Source: Klebsormidium nitens (Eukaryota; Plantae; Klebsormidiophyceae). Taken from it: a DNA stretch of 64,000 nucleotides. Of this stretch, positions 46,801 to 57,974 are shown piece by piece; the first letter of the stretch is position 1, and each line of letters begins with the position of its first letter. The DNA lies in the NCBI GenBank assembly GCA_000708835.1, contig DF237386.1, positions 13,614-77,613 on the forward strand, read 5' to 3'. The notes beneath the pieces are model-generated. The model made no database searches. It had not been told where the DNA came from and saw only the letters and a program-made list of their open reading frames with translations. The translations under genes and the position numbers were made by a program.

Positions 46801-49438
46801 CGATAACAAGACAGCGCAATTACCTTGGAGAGCAGCGGAAGCGGAATCGTCTTGGACTTCGCATCGTTGCGCTGGCCGAGATCCGCCATCCCGACCCTGA
46901 GCCGACAAGAAAGAAAGTTGAAAAAGGGACTTCTCTTTCGGGAAAACAATTGAAAGGTGCTCTTTCAAGACTGCCCAGATGACGAAAGAGTTTTTGATTT
47001 CTTTTGGCGGAAAGTGAGCACTCCTCACACTCCGGCAGCGAGCGGAGCTTTTGCACGTGCAGAGATTGATCAATATCGCAAGTGCCAACTTTAGGATCAA
47101 ATACGACGCTCACGGAGAGAACGTCATATGCATCTATCACGTCAGATAAGGACCACTAGATTATAAAGGCGGTGGGTAGAGAAGCCAGCTACTCTCCCGT
47201 ATGGATTCAACGACTGGAATCAGATGTTTTCCAGCGAATCGGATGTGACGCGTGGCACTTCACCGTTCGCCCCCGTATACCAACGCCGTAAAATGCGCGT
47301 GCTCGCGCGTAGCCGCGCCCCCCTTGAGCAGTTGCCTATCGAAGATGACGTAGTCAGTGTACGCGCGCATCATTTCCTTAGCAAAAGTTTGGTCCTCCAC
47401 GTGTGCATTGTCCCAACAGAAAACGACCATTCCTGGGGTGTCGGGGGACAGGCCCGAGCACTGCCAGATGAACCGGAAGACGTCTCGCGGCTCTAGTTGT
47501 CGGAGAAGCCCGGAGGCGCGGTCGCAGAAGAAGCGCAGGAAGTCGGGGTAAGAACCCCACGGCCCAGTGCCTAAAAGACGAGGAGAAACTTTTGGAAAAC
47601 AAAGGCAGAGATGAAAAGAAAGCGTTTTGGATAAGATTTGGATGGACAAACATTGGTGTGAGTACGCTGAATCTTAACAGAGTTGAGGCAGGGGATCCCT
47701 CCTCCAATCATTCACTGAAGGACACAGTCCGATCCCGCGCTGCATAATTTGACGTGGACGCATTGACGAAGGGACACCGACGAAAGCGGTGAAGTCCTGG
47801 CTAATGTAAGGCCCGTCCGTCTCTACCGGCATTCGCGTGGGCGTTTTGCGCTGTCAGCAGAGAGTTGCAACCGGTTCTTATCTTTACCAAGCTTCTCAGT
47901 ATCGGGACTTCCGGACGTGTGACTGAACAAAACAACAAGCCCGCCAAAGAAGTGCTTACTTCTGACGGCCGCGTAAAGCATCCGAGCGGCCAGCACGTGG
48001 CACCCGATATACCCGCACACGTCACGTTCTTCGGAAGTGGGCCGATCGTCTGGCATTTGAAACAAAAGCCGCTTTTCCAACATAACCTCCAGTCGTCCCT
48101 GAAAGAGCTCCACGTCCCGAGGAGAGTCCAAGTGACGGCGCCAAAATTCTCTCGACCCCAACAGGGCTTTCAGCCAGAGTGTGAATGCTCCGGGGGAGCG
48201 CGTTTCCATAAGCCGGCGGCGCGTATGGAGCAGGGAATGGAGCTCGCGGAAGAAGGTGGTTTTGCCGAGGCCGGCCGCGGCGACCGCGAACTGGAACTGC
48301 GTTTCTCTGTCAACAGACAAGGGGATTTAGAAGGCAGTTTTACGCAGAATTACGAACAGACTTATGTTTATGTCGAAAAAGGAAAGCCTGCGGACTGAGT
48401 TCTGACCAAGCACCTTGAAAGAGTAGCTACCGGTTGATTCGAGCCTCTCGCTTTCTGCAGATTTCACTTGGATTACAGACCGGTTATCAGCTCTCTCGAG
48501 GAGATCCTCTTCGTTCGAATCCGTCCAGTCAGATCTGGCTCTTTTCCGTTTCCTTCTCTTAATTATAACACGCACTCGGTTTCGTTGTCAATTCGCATGG
48601 AGAGCGCAATCTGACTCTCAGATTTGTCCAGACGTTTGGATTCCAGAGCTTCGTATAGACGGGCTTTAAGGGCTCCATAAACCGCCGAAGCTGGATGTCT
48701 CACCCCCTAAGGTGTTCCATCATACTTCCCATATTGACGCCCTTTTTTCCGATCGTACACGTTTCAAAGAACCGAAACGATGCGTAGACGTCAGCCAGGT
48801 TCTCGATGAAGCAGTCGACTGTCGCGTCCCGCCCGCTTATGGCAAAGTACCGGCCCGGCGACTCGACCAGTTTTGGGGCGACAGAATCACCGTCTTTGCC
48901 AGCGATTCGGTCGCTGCGAAGAGCCTCGGAACGAGAATTTTCGGCGGGCCTGAAGAACCGCCCAAAGAGGCTCTGTAATGTCTCGTCGGGATTGTCGGGA
49001 GGTAGGATCCCTGGAAGCAGAGTAGTACGTCGTTTCTTTCTAGACCATAACGAAGTAGAAAGCGGTGAAAGCTTTCCATACGACTAACCTTAAGTGGTTA
49101 CTCTAAATAGAGGACGAAGCACGACGTAACGGGCTGCTTATCTTCGATTGCTAAACGACGCTGCCCCTGAATAATGCAAAGAGCACCACGATTTAGCCCA
49201 ATGTTAAGAGGAAGGTCGCGGTTTAGTCTGACAGGCATTGAATGCTCTAGAGACGGCGCGGTTCTTTACCTGCGGCAACTGCAGCCGCTTCCAATCTGCT
49301 GGTCGGAACAGCCAGATCTTCGGGAATCGGTGAATCTATGTAATTGAGTTTGCTTCGGAGCATGTAAAGCTCTTTCCGGAGAGTGTCATATAACCTCCAG
49401 CGGTCCTCGAAGCTGAGCTCGTACAACCTCGGAAAGAG
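43878..49438 (-). CDS. Multi-exon P-loop NTPase with a possible C-terminal restriction-endonuclease-like domain (Crinkler/CR-type architecture); 5' and 3' ends uncertain
   Basis: Phase-consistent exons 49438-49270, 49010-48704, 48306-47960, 47570-47264, 46896-46824, 46438-46264, 45818-45451, 45139-44877 (~670 codons). Motifs in order: FAISGRDATV, Walker A-like AVAAAGLGKTT, Walker B-like MVVFCWDNAH, IPLPLL, LVQGDPGLLE. Probable terminal exons lie in 44390-43878 (LHAFLTIIDG...VEVIHAGCDERFYG), but their phase could not be resolved. The family call is inference. Confidence 0.7.
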
Positions 49439-50451
49439 CTGCAAAATAAACTTAACTTGTTGTTTTCATGGCTAGCTTTTGGTCACTTTGACCTGAAGCC
49501 AGGTGTCGAGAAGCATATGCTCGCCACGTCTTTTTGTTCAGGTCTGCTGCACTGTTTACGAAGGTTACTTGTTCTGATTCTGATACGTTCGGAAGATAAT
49601 CAACAGGCAGTCGTGATGAAGGTTTCTAACCGCTTGACGTCCTTTTAACGAATCCTGAGGCAGTGGCAGAGCTGATGTGACGACTTTCCGCGATTACTTT
49701 CAGAAAGCAATTCACTCCGGGCTGCGTCAAAGCCTACCAAGTATGATTGCCTCGGGCTATTAACTAGATCGAGCAGATAGGCCGCGAGGAATTCGCCTGC
49801 TCATCTGGAAATTCTACGAGTGCACCCATTGCTCACTTTCGCGGCGGGCAAACTGACTTGCGACTCTTCTTGGTCTGAAGCGCTGTTTGCCTGCCAAAGA
49901 GGGAGAAACGTTTTCTCGAAAGAGGCGCTGGATCGTAAGTAAAGGCTTACGATACATGGAACGGACAGAACAAAGCCTTTACAAAGTCCTTTTCGATCTG
50001 CAAGTCCGGGGATTCCCGGTGACTACAACGGCCCTACTGACGGAGAGCTCTGCTGGCCTGTCCGATGAGGTGTTTAAGTGCCCAGACACAGGTGCAAAGT
50101 ACAATCAAAATCATTGCCTCGTCGAGTCGGAAAGGAAGACGACGGGTCAATGCCGCCAAACTCTTTGAAGATCTTATTGTCCTTCTACCTATGTTCGCAT
50201 GCTGCCGGGAGAATGCAAAGCTGGCCCCAGTCAGTTAGAGCTCGTTGATTGCCCTTCTACTGCAGATCTGATGTCGAGTACGCGTTGGATTACTAAAGGT
50301 CATTGTGAAAAGGCCGAGTCTCATTTCCGCCACTGAGGATCTGCTTTCAAGTGGGTCGAGTCCCCTTAAAACCACACTGAGTTGTGAGTCCGATCTTCTC
50401 TTGCGGTAAGAGATAGTTGCCTACCAGCACTTCAAGATTCCTGGGCCCTAC

Positions 50452-50751
50452 CTCGTATGCCTTTGTTGAAACTCTTGTCCTTCGTCGATGTTCGATCCCC
50501 AGCCTCCGTTTGAACGAAGACGCACCCAAAGTGCGCTGCGGGAATGCCGTCAAGCTGACCGCCTGAGACTCTGGAGTTTGAACAAACGCACCGCCCGTCT
50601 TCGTACCCCACCTTTCCTGGTAATCCATAACTGGCTGTTGCTGCAAATAATGCTGTTTTGGTGATGTTCGAAAGCCACCGTTCGCCAAAGCAGGACACAA
50701 AACTGTTTGAGCCGCGAGGGATGCCCGTGAGACGCTTTGGTAAGAAGCCAT
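50452..50751 (-). CDS. Probable first coding exon with a transit-peptide-like N-terminus, possibly belonging to the NTPase gene
   Basis: ATG at 50751, MASYQSVSRASLAAQTVLCPALA... (Ser/Ala-rich, no acidic residues early), candidate donor GAG|GTAGGG at 50451. Its link to downstream exons is not established. Confidence 0.35.
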
Positions 50752-52718
50752 TTGGCAATCGAAGAGCTAAGGCCCGATTGCTGAGTTGCTGATCATGCAC
50801 GGCAAGTCTCGGGCAGGTGTGCAATTTTTAAAAACAGACCTTTAAAGCAAGGCTGAGCGCCAAAGTTCCTTTATCTCTAAAGACTTACGTATTGTATTGT
50901 TACAAGCTTCACGACTAGTAGACGGCGCCACTGTACCGCATTCATAACAGCTGCAGGTTCAGCGTACAATTTCAGCTGAATCTGGCGATGTCGTCTTTGT
51001 TCAGCTTCCTTCAGAGTATGGTTCCAACATTCCCCTGACCAGACAGGGTCTGCAAGACGGGGTGCAAGACATTGCCCCAAGAACGTTCAGACTTATAACG
51101 CCAGATCAACGAGAAAACATAAGTGGCAACTGCCTACATACTGGCTCCTCGATTCCGCTGAAACTCTGTGCAACTTGCATCTTCAGGGAAGAATCCGGTA
51201 GGACACCGGTGCCTCTACTGCAGCCTGGGTGCGCCCACGTGCATACTGCCGGCGTGCATATATATGCGAAGTTGAGAAAGTGGCCAGGTCAGAGTGCGCT
51301 GTCAGCCGCTCAGCACTAGCTAGAGTCTGCAAAAGATTGCTGACTTGACAGTAGAGCAACCTTGCTGATGCACATGTTGCACCTGGTTTGCAATGTCGCC
51401 ATGCAGGGGTATTGGCCGCGCACCCGCGGCCGCGGGTCTGCCCGTCGTGTGGTTTTGGGGGTTTGGCTGTGTATTGAGGCTCAGTAGCCCCGCGGTCGAG
51501 CGCGCGGCCGCGGGCCCAGATAGTGACGGTCAACTTGAGGCGTTCGATCAGAAAGAAATCATCGGTGCCGTCCGACCGACTACTCCCAACGCCGACAAAC
51601 TTTCAGAAGACTTTCGGCGGTTAACCTGAGCATTCCCATGCCAGCATCCATGAGACAGTCTGACTCTGAGCAAAGCAGCCTACTGGCTCCAGTCATGTTT
51701 AGAGCCTGTACTTGCGGAAAATACCCAATTTCAGAGTATGAAGTTTCAGTGCAAGGTGCCTAGCCTGCCTGCTGCAATTGTCTGGCACGAGTCGAGACAC
51801 ATCATCATGACGGACAATGAGGAGTACTGTCAATAATTGGAGAATTGAATCCGGCTATTCCAGTTCCACAGATCGACGAGTCAATTCAGTCCACTGAGTC
51901 TCCATCGTCAAACGTGTGTAACAAAATTGCATGCATTTATGAGCGTGGCCGTTGGCGCAGCCCAGTCTGCAACATAACTGTGAAAACATCTTGACTCGTG
52001 GAAGAATACAATCCCAGGATCGACTGAAAGTTGGTAATATTCGAGTAGTCTGAGTACTGCCAGGGGCTGGGACAGCATTTAAGGTGCCAGCACTGCAGAT
52101 TGTGTGGCTCTGGACTGAGCATTTGACTACGTTGACTCCCAGCTCATTGGGATTCTGCTTTAAGCTGGTCTCCTCCGTGCAATGATAACATAAAAGAAAC
52201 GTTCACCGAATGCCAGATACCCGTGAGTTCTTACGTCGTCTATACTGCGCAAGGCGACTTCGGCCCCCTGAGCACTCGTTCCGAAGTTCAAGGGGCGATA
52301 TAGTCGCGGCATTGTAAGCTTGCCACCCAGCGAGTCAGGAAGGTAGTATATCAAGCAAATTGTTGCCTTTTTGGCTGCCAGAGGACTGCGCTACTCTTGA
52401 CTGGGCTGTGGGGCTGTCAGCATTGGAAGTAGCCGGAAGAGCTTTTTTGATGAATAGAATCTAGTGGGACCTGCTTTCGTGGTTCACCGGCCTGGGTGGA
52501 GAGATAGCCATAAGAACTGCTTCTAGTCCTGCAATGCTGCGCTCTGAGGGCAGTGTAACGGCGTCTTCTCTCAGTTGCCAGCATTGCACTTGAATGACAG
52601 AATCTAGGAGAAGGCTCACGAACCAACAACGCGCGATGACGTACTGAACAAAACCATCGTCAGAGCAAGAGTGGTTATCCTCAGACTGTGCGCAAGGGGA
52701 GAGGGATTTTGAAGTAGG

Positions 52719-55700
52719 ATGGAGACTCTGCGCTCGCGCAGCGGGAAAGAGGGGTCGCGCCGAGAGGACCCCTACGAGCGACTTATCACCGGGGGTGTGA
52801 ACGCCCACTCTGGGACTCTGGGAGGGGATAATGGCAAGCGGAAAAGGACCCTTCGGCGGCGACTCAAGGACGATCAGATTGACATGCGCTACTTTTGGGC
52901 GTTTCTGGGGCTGTTGGCGGTGGCGGTATTTACCTTTGCATATGTGAATGCGGGCCACCCAGAGCTGCAGGCAGCGGAGGGCTCCTCAGGTGAGGGGGTT
53001 TTCACACCACCGTAGAAGTAACAAGCTGCCCTCTTTTGTGGTATGCGGTAGTTGATCGTGCAGAGTGCGAGTTGCAGGTCGTGCTTTACCTTTTCAGAAG
53101 GCATTGAAAGCGACGGCGTCCTCCAACAAACCAGCAGAAATTCTTCTCAGACATCAAGGTCCCAATGCATTGGTTCTGCAGCCTTTCTGACCTAGTGAGA
53201 AGGTCTCCTCCAAACTTTGCTTTGCAGCTGATTCGCAAATACTCCGATTTTATGGAACACATCATGGTGCTGCAAATGAATTGAAACGAGGACACCGGGG
53301 ATAGGAAAGCCAAGTATTGTCGTGACAGCTGTCATATCACAACATGACAGCTGTCAAGAGTCTAGACACTCCTATCGTCTTTCTGTGGCTTCTGTGTTTG
53401 TCCGAACGCGAATCCAGTGACAATGTATATATCTAGAAATATCTAGAAAATTTCTTGTTGCTAACCCTTAAGGGGACTGCAGATATCGGCGAAGCAGATT
53501 CTCTTTTGAAACTCCATGAGCGTTGACATTTGTGACTACAATTTTCAATGCAAGCCTGGTCCGTTCGATACGGACTGAGCAAATTACTTCAGCAATCAAT
53601 AATCTGCGTCTCATCCTCGAACAGCTAGAGCAAGTACTAATTGAGTGCGATGACGTTGCATGGGAGAGGCTTTGGTCAAGCCTATGCTGAAGTACAATCA
53701 GTAGATTGATTGAATCGGTGGTTTTCTGCAGATCTCGACTCTTCGGCCACGCATCGGAGCACGGCGGCCGGAGTGAAGTGGGCTTCCCTAAGCAGACTGC
53801 GAGCGCGGAGGGCAGGTACGACAAGACACTAGGGCCGTTCTTCAATCCGGAGTCAGGGATGGGTGAAAACTTACACGACGACCAACTTTGAGATTTAAAT
53901 TGCGATACGTTACTGCGCTTGAAAGGACTGGTCAGCTTAGGTTCTTTCTTGCAAGCCTAACGAGTTTCTTTCTTGCAATCTCTTCGGAACAGGATCCTGT
54001 GTTATACCCCCGTAAGTCTAAAGGCTGTTTAAAGGGCCACCAGTTATCGTTGGCGGAAGCTGACTTTGGAAAACAAGGTTATTCGTTGACCCTCCTAGTC
54101 TATATGAAACAAAAGACATGAGCGGCTTTTTTATCAGGGCACCTAGTTGTTATAGGACGACTCGATTCTGCCAGGTGTGCGTTTCAGTAATGGGCCAAGG
54201 GACGAGAGTAGGTCGCGCTAAGAAACAACGACTCGGTCGGTTCATCAGAGCCAAAAAAGACAGGCCGACGTCAGCAGCCGTCCATGACGTCACTCTACCA
54301 TTTCTGGCAGGTTTCTGGCCGTTCGTCTCCGGCACGGGTGACGAGGACCTGGACGAGTTGGGTGACCTTATCACGCAGATGGAGGAGGCCAACAAGGGCT
54401 ACCGTGTGACGTCATCCCAGCTGTACTCGGAGGAGAGCCCCCTGGAAGAGGCCGAGGGGCCCGACGGGCGCACCAATTTTGGAATGGGGGGGAAGGAAAA
54501 GCGCACGGAAGCGGGGGGGGCGGAGACAGTGAGAAAGTTTGGGACGAAAGGTGATGCAGTGGGGGGCAGGAACGGAGACGAGAAGAAGGACGGATCGGTT
54601 TCGAGCGCCGGGCTGTTTTCCGGCCGGAAGATCGCGTCCGCCGCGGAACGGGCTGTCAAGACGGAACCATTGCGGGATGTGACGGCCAAGATTGAAAGCT
54701 CGCAATATGGGGAGGAAGATCGGGCGGTGGAGAGCCGCGATATGGAAACGAACGACGAAGGGGTGGCGAGCGACCTGCGGATCCGCGGTTCCGGCCGGAA
54801 TCCGAACGGAAGAGCGCTCGCTGGCGGGCGGAAGAAGCCGAGAACGCAGAACGAGGCGCACGCCAGGAACTTCTGGACCTCGCGCAACATGCTCGCTCAC
54901 GAGATTAAGGACCACGTGACGTATGATGACGTGGCGGGGCGAGGGAAGGGGCTCAACGGGGAACCAACGGCGGGAGGCAGAAACGTGCTGTCTACCAGGG
55001 AAGATGCTAGCAAGTTTGGCGACGTTAACGCAAACGTTGAGGAGGTGCAGAGGCCAGAATCGGCTGTGCCGCCCAAAACGGATTCCGTTGATTCATCGGA
55101 ACAACTAGAGGCGGCGGTAGAGCCCCGTTCTTTGCGCGCCGCACTGGCTGAATTGCATAGAGCGGTTGCGTCGTTCGGAAACGGGTTTGGGCTGCCGGTC
55201 GAAGAAGCAGACCAGCTGTCAAATCCTGCGCAGCCTGAATCGCTGCTGGCAGGGAACGACTTCGAAACTAGACCGAGGGACGTCTTTTCCCAGATCCGAA
55301 CGGCGCTGAACCGCAACGGGGAGACAATCCTTGTTGCGCCGATGCGCGTCGCGTCGGAGGAGGGTTTGGGGGGTTTGGAGCTCGCGTCGCCGTCCGATGT
55401 GGCGGCCGCGGCAGCGAAGATGCCGCCACGTGTCCTGCACGACGCGCCGCGGCCGCGGCCCGTCAAGAATCACGCGAAGACGCAGACAAGGACTTTCTCC
55501 TGGACGCCCCCGGCGGTTGTCGACCGGGAGAGCCTGTTTGAGGAGGGTTCCGGCGGGTTGCACGCGCTGCGGAATCCGGCGGAAAGCACCGAGGGGATCC
55601 CCCTGGCCGCAGAAAAAGAGTCGGGAGAAAGTGCTGAGGGAGCGTCGGCAGTCGGAGAAACGGCGGAAGACAGGTCCGGAACGGAGTCCGTTGGAACCGC

Positions 55701-55863
55701 AGCAGAAGAGACAAGAGCAGAAGAGGAACGAACTGGGGTAGATGGGCCGGTAACGGAAGCGGAACGCACGGCAGCGGAAGCTGAACGGAGTGTGGAGGAG
55801 CGGTTCGCAAAGGCGAGGGCCGTGCGTGATGCGGCGAGAGCAAGGGGAGCCAGCTCCGCTTAG
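52719..55863 (+). CDS. Uncharacterised single-pass (type II-like) membrane protein with a long acidic low-complexity tail, ~635 aa
   Basis: Exons 52719-52989 (basic KRKRTLRRRLK then hydrophobic YFWAFLGLLAVAVFTFAYV; donor G|GTGAGG), 53732-53815 (84 nt, phase 1-1) and 54311-55863 (phase 1, long GC-rich open frame). No recognisable domain. Confidence 0.7.
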
Positions 55864-57974
55864 GGTGAGGGGGTTTGCTCGACGGAATATCATCTTTGAT
55901 CTTTCTCTACCTGCGTAACCTCTCCCATCCTGTTTTGGACCAAATGAGTTTTCGTTTGGTTCTCAAAGAAAAGCAGCGAGAATAGACAAGGAGACGAAAT
56001 CAGCCCGTCAGACGGCCGGTAAAGTCAGTGTACAATAATCTGGTGGATCTCCAACATAAATCAGAAAGTGGACCTTGGCATCAGTCGTCACCGCACCAAT
56101 CTCTTGCAAGCATGTTTTAGTTCGCAATTGCATGACTGTTTGCACAACAAACAAAACGAGTAAAAACCTGCGTGTTTGCTTGGGCAGAGCAGTTGCTACA
56201 AGCACGAAATCTACTGCCGCTATCGAGTCGTCAAAGCCCGATCTCCAAATCTTGTCAACTTGATTGAGAAGTGCCAATAAACGTCAAAAGATTCCACAAT
56301 CCTGCTCGTACCTGAAGTCAGGTAGTTCTGAAGAATCGGAGGAGGTTGTTAGATATCCGCGTCGCATGTGAGACCAGAATGACACCTGGCGGTCCACTTC
56401 CGGACAATGAAGCTAGTTCTGCAAAGTAGACAAAACTCCTCAAAAAGCTGACCAATATGTAATTCAGTGCCCGGACAGACCTGATAGTAGTTTGCAAATT
56501 CAGCTAGCCTGTCCCAACTTGATTGATGCGCTTCCTCCTTTGATTTTAACCACGTACTTAGCCGGTGGTTTTTTTCCTCGATTTTGCAGGAGTACAAACC
56601 CTGTCATGTATTATTCATAGAGCACGCGCAAGGACAGCATATAAGTGATGCATCATGAGACAAGAGTCGACGGGATCATCCGACGGGGATCTAGTCTTGA
56701 AACCTGATGTTGCTCGATCATTGCAAGGCCTGTACAGACAATCTTGCACTTTCGCACATAGTATGCGTTGCGAGTTGTGAAGCTTGTATAGGCGCCACCG
56801 AGTCACAGAGTCTGCTAAACTTTGCTGTGGAAAAGACAATAGGTGTGATATTTGTACAAACTGTACCTCGGGCGAGATCCAAGCAGAACGACAGCCGGAC
56901 TACAAGAAAAATCAATAAATGAAGCACAATTAGATTGGACTGTAAGGTCGACTTGCAGAACCAATAAAAGGTCACAGTATTACACGCGATGGCTTACAAT
57001 GATTTCATGGTGACGCGTAGACTCAGTGAGCCTTCTTCGTGGGCGGCCGCAAAACCGTTGGTTGCTTCCGCCATGACGAACTTCGGTCGGCCTTTAGTGC
57101 ACGCATGTTGCGAAGCGAAGCAGACCATTAAAGTTCTAAGGTCTGCTTCAGTATATTGTATGTAGGTTCTGACGGCTAGCTCGAGTCGAGGATGTGCCAC
57201 GGCCGCCGATCCGACCGAAAGCGCTTTGCCTTCGATCAAGATGAAAGAACACGATTTCCGATCGGTCAGTCACTGCGCCGGCGTGATCATATTATTACGC
57301 CGCCAATTTATAATCCATTGGCCGCGGTGGGCATATATAACGGGCGCAGCAGGCGCGGCCCGGCACTCATTGAGCCGCCATTTCAATTCATCAAAGGCCG
57401 CCATGCAATGATATGTAAACGCGCCTGCACTGCATGGTAAGTCACTCATACCGTCCAGTCGGTCGGACACCGACTGTCGAGTCCGCCTGAGCAGTAGATT
57501 GAACCCCTACATATACGCTTTGCGCAATGTCGAATCAGATGTTCCAGCGTCGTTGAATGATGAGCGACCAAATCGACAAATTTGGCACCGAGTCAACTTT
57601 CCACGTTCCGACATGATGGACAGTTGACACAATAAGATGGCGAGCGCAAGTAACGTTGATGCCGGGCACGAGTACTAATAATACGCGGGCTGGCATCCAA
57701 GCAATGACTTCAGTACTTTGTCCGACAAGTTGCAGTAGGTATTTGAAAGGTGCTCAGATGATGATTTCAGGTCTCAGTGCGTGTTGCGCAGCGGCATCGA
57801 ACGTTGTGCTCCGTGCAGCCCAGTCGCTGCTTCTCGACTAACATGGCGATTGCGACTTCCATGGAGCGTTCCCTGCTTGGGTGCGATGATCCAATCACTG
57901 CCGCTATGAAATGTTTACCTTATTTCGCAAGCATCCACTAAAGTGCAACTATGACATTGTCTAGATACTCTAAA

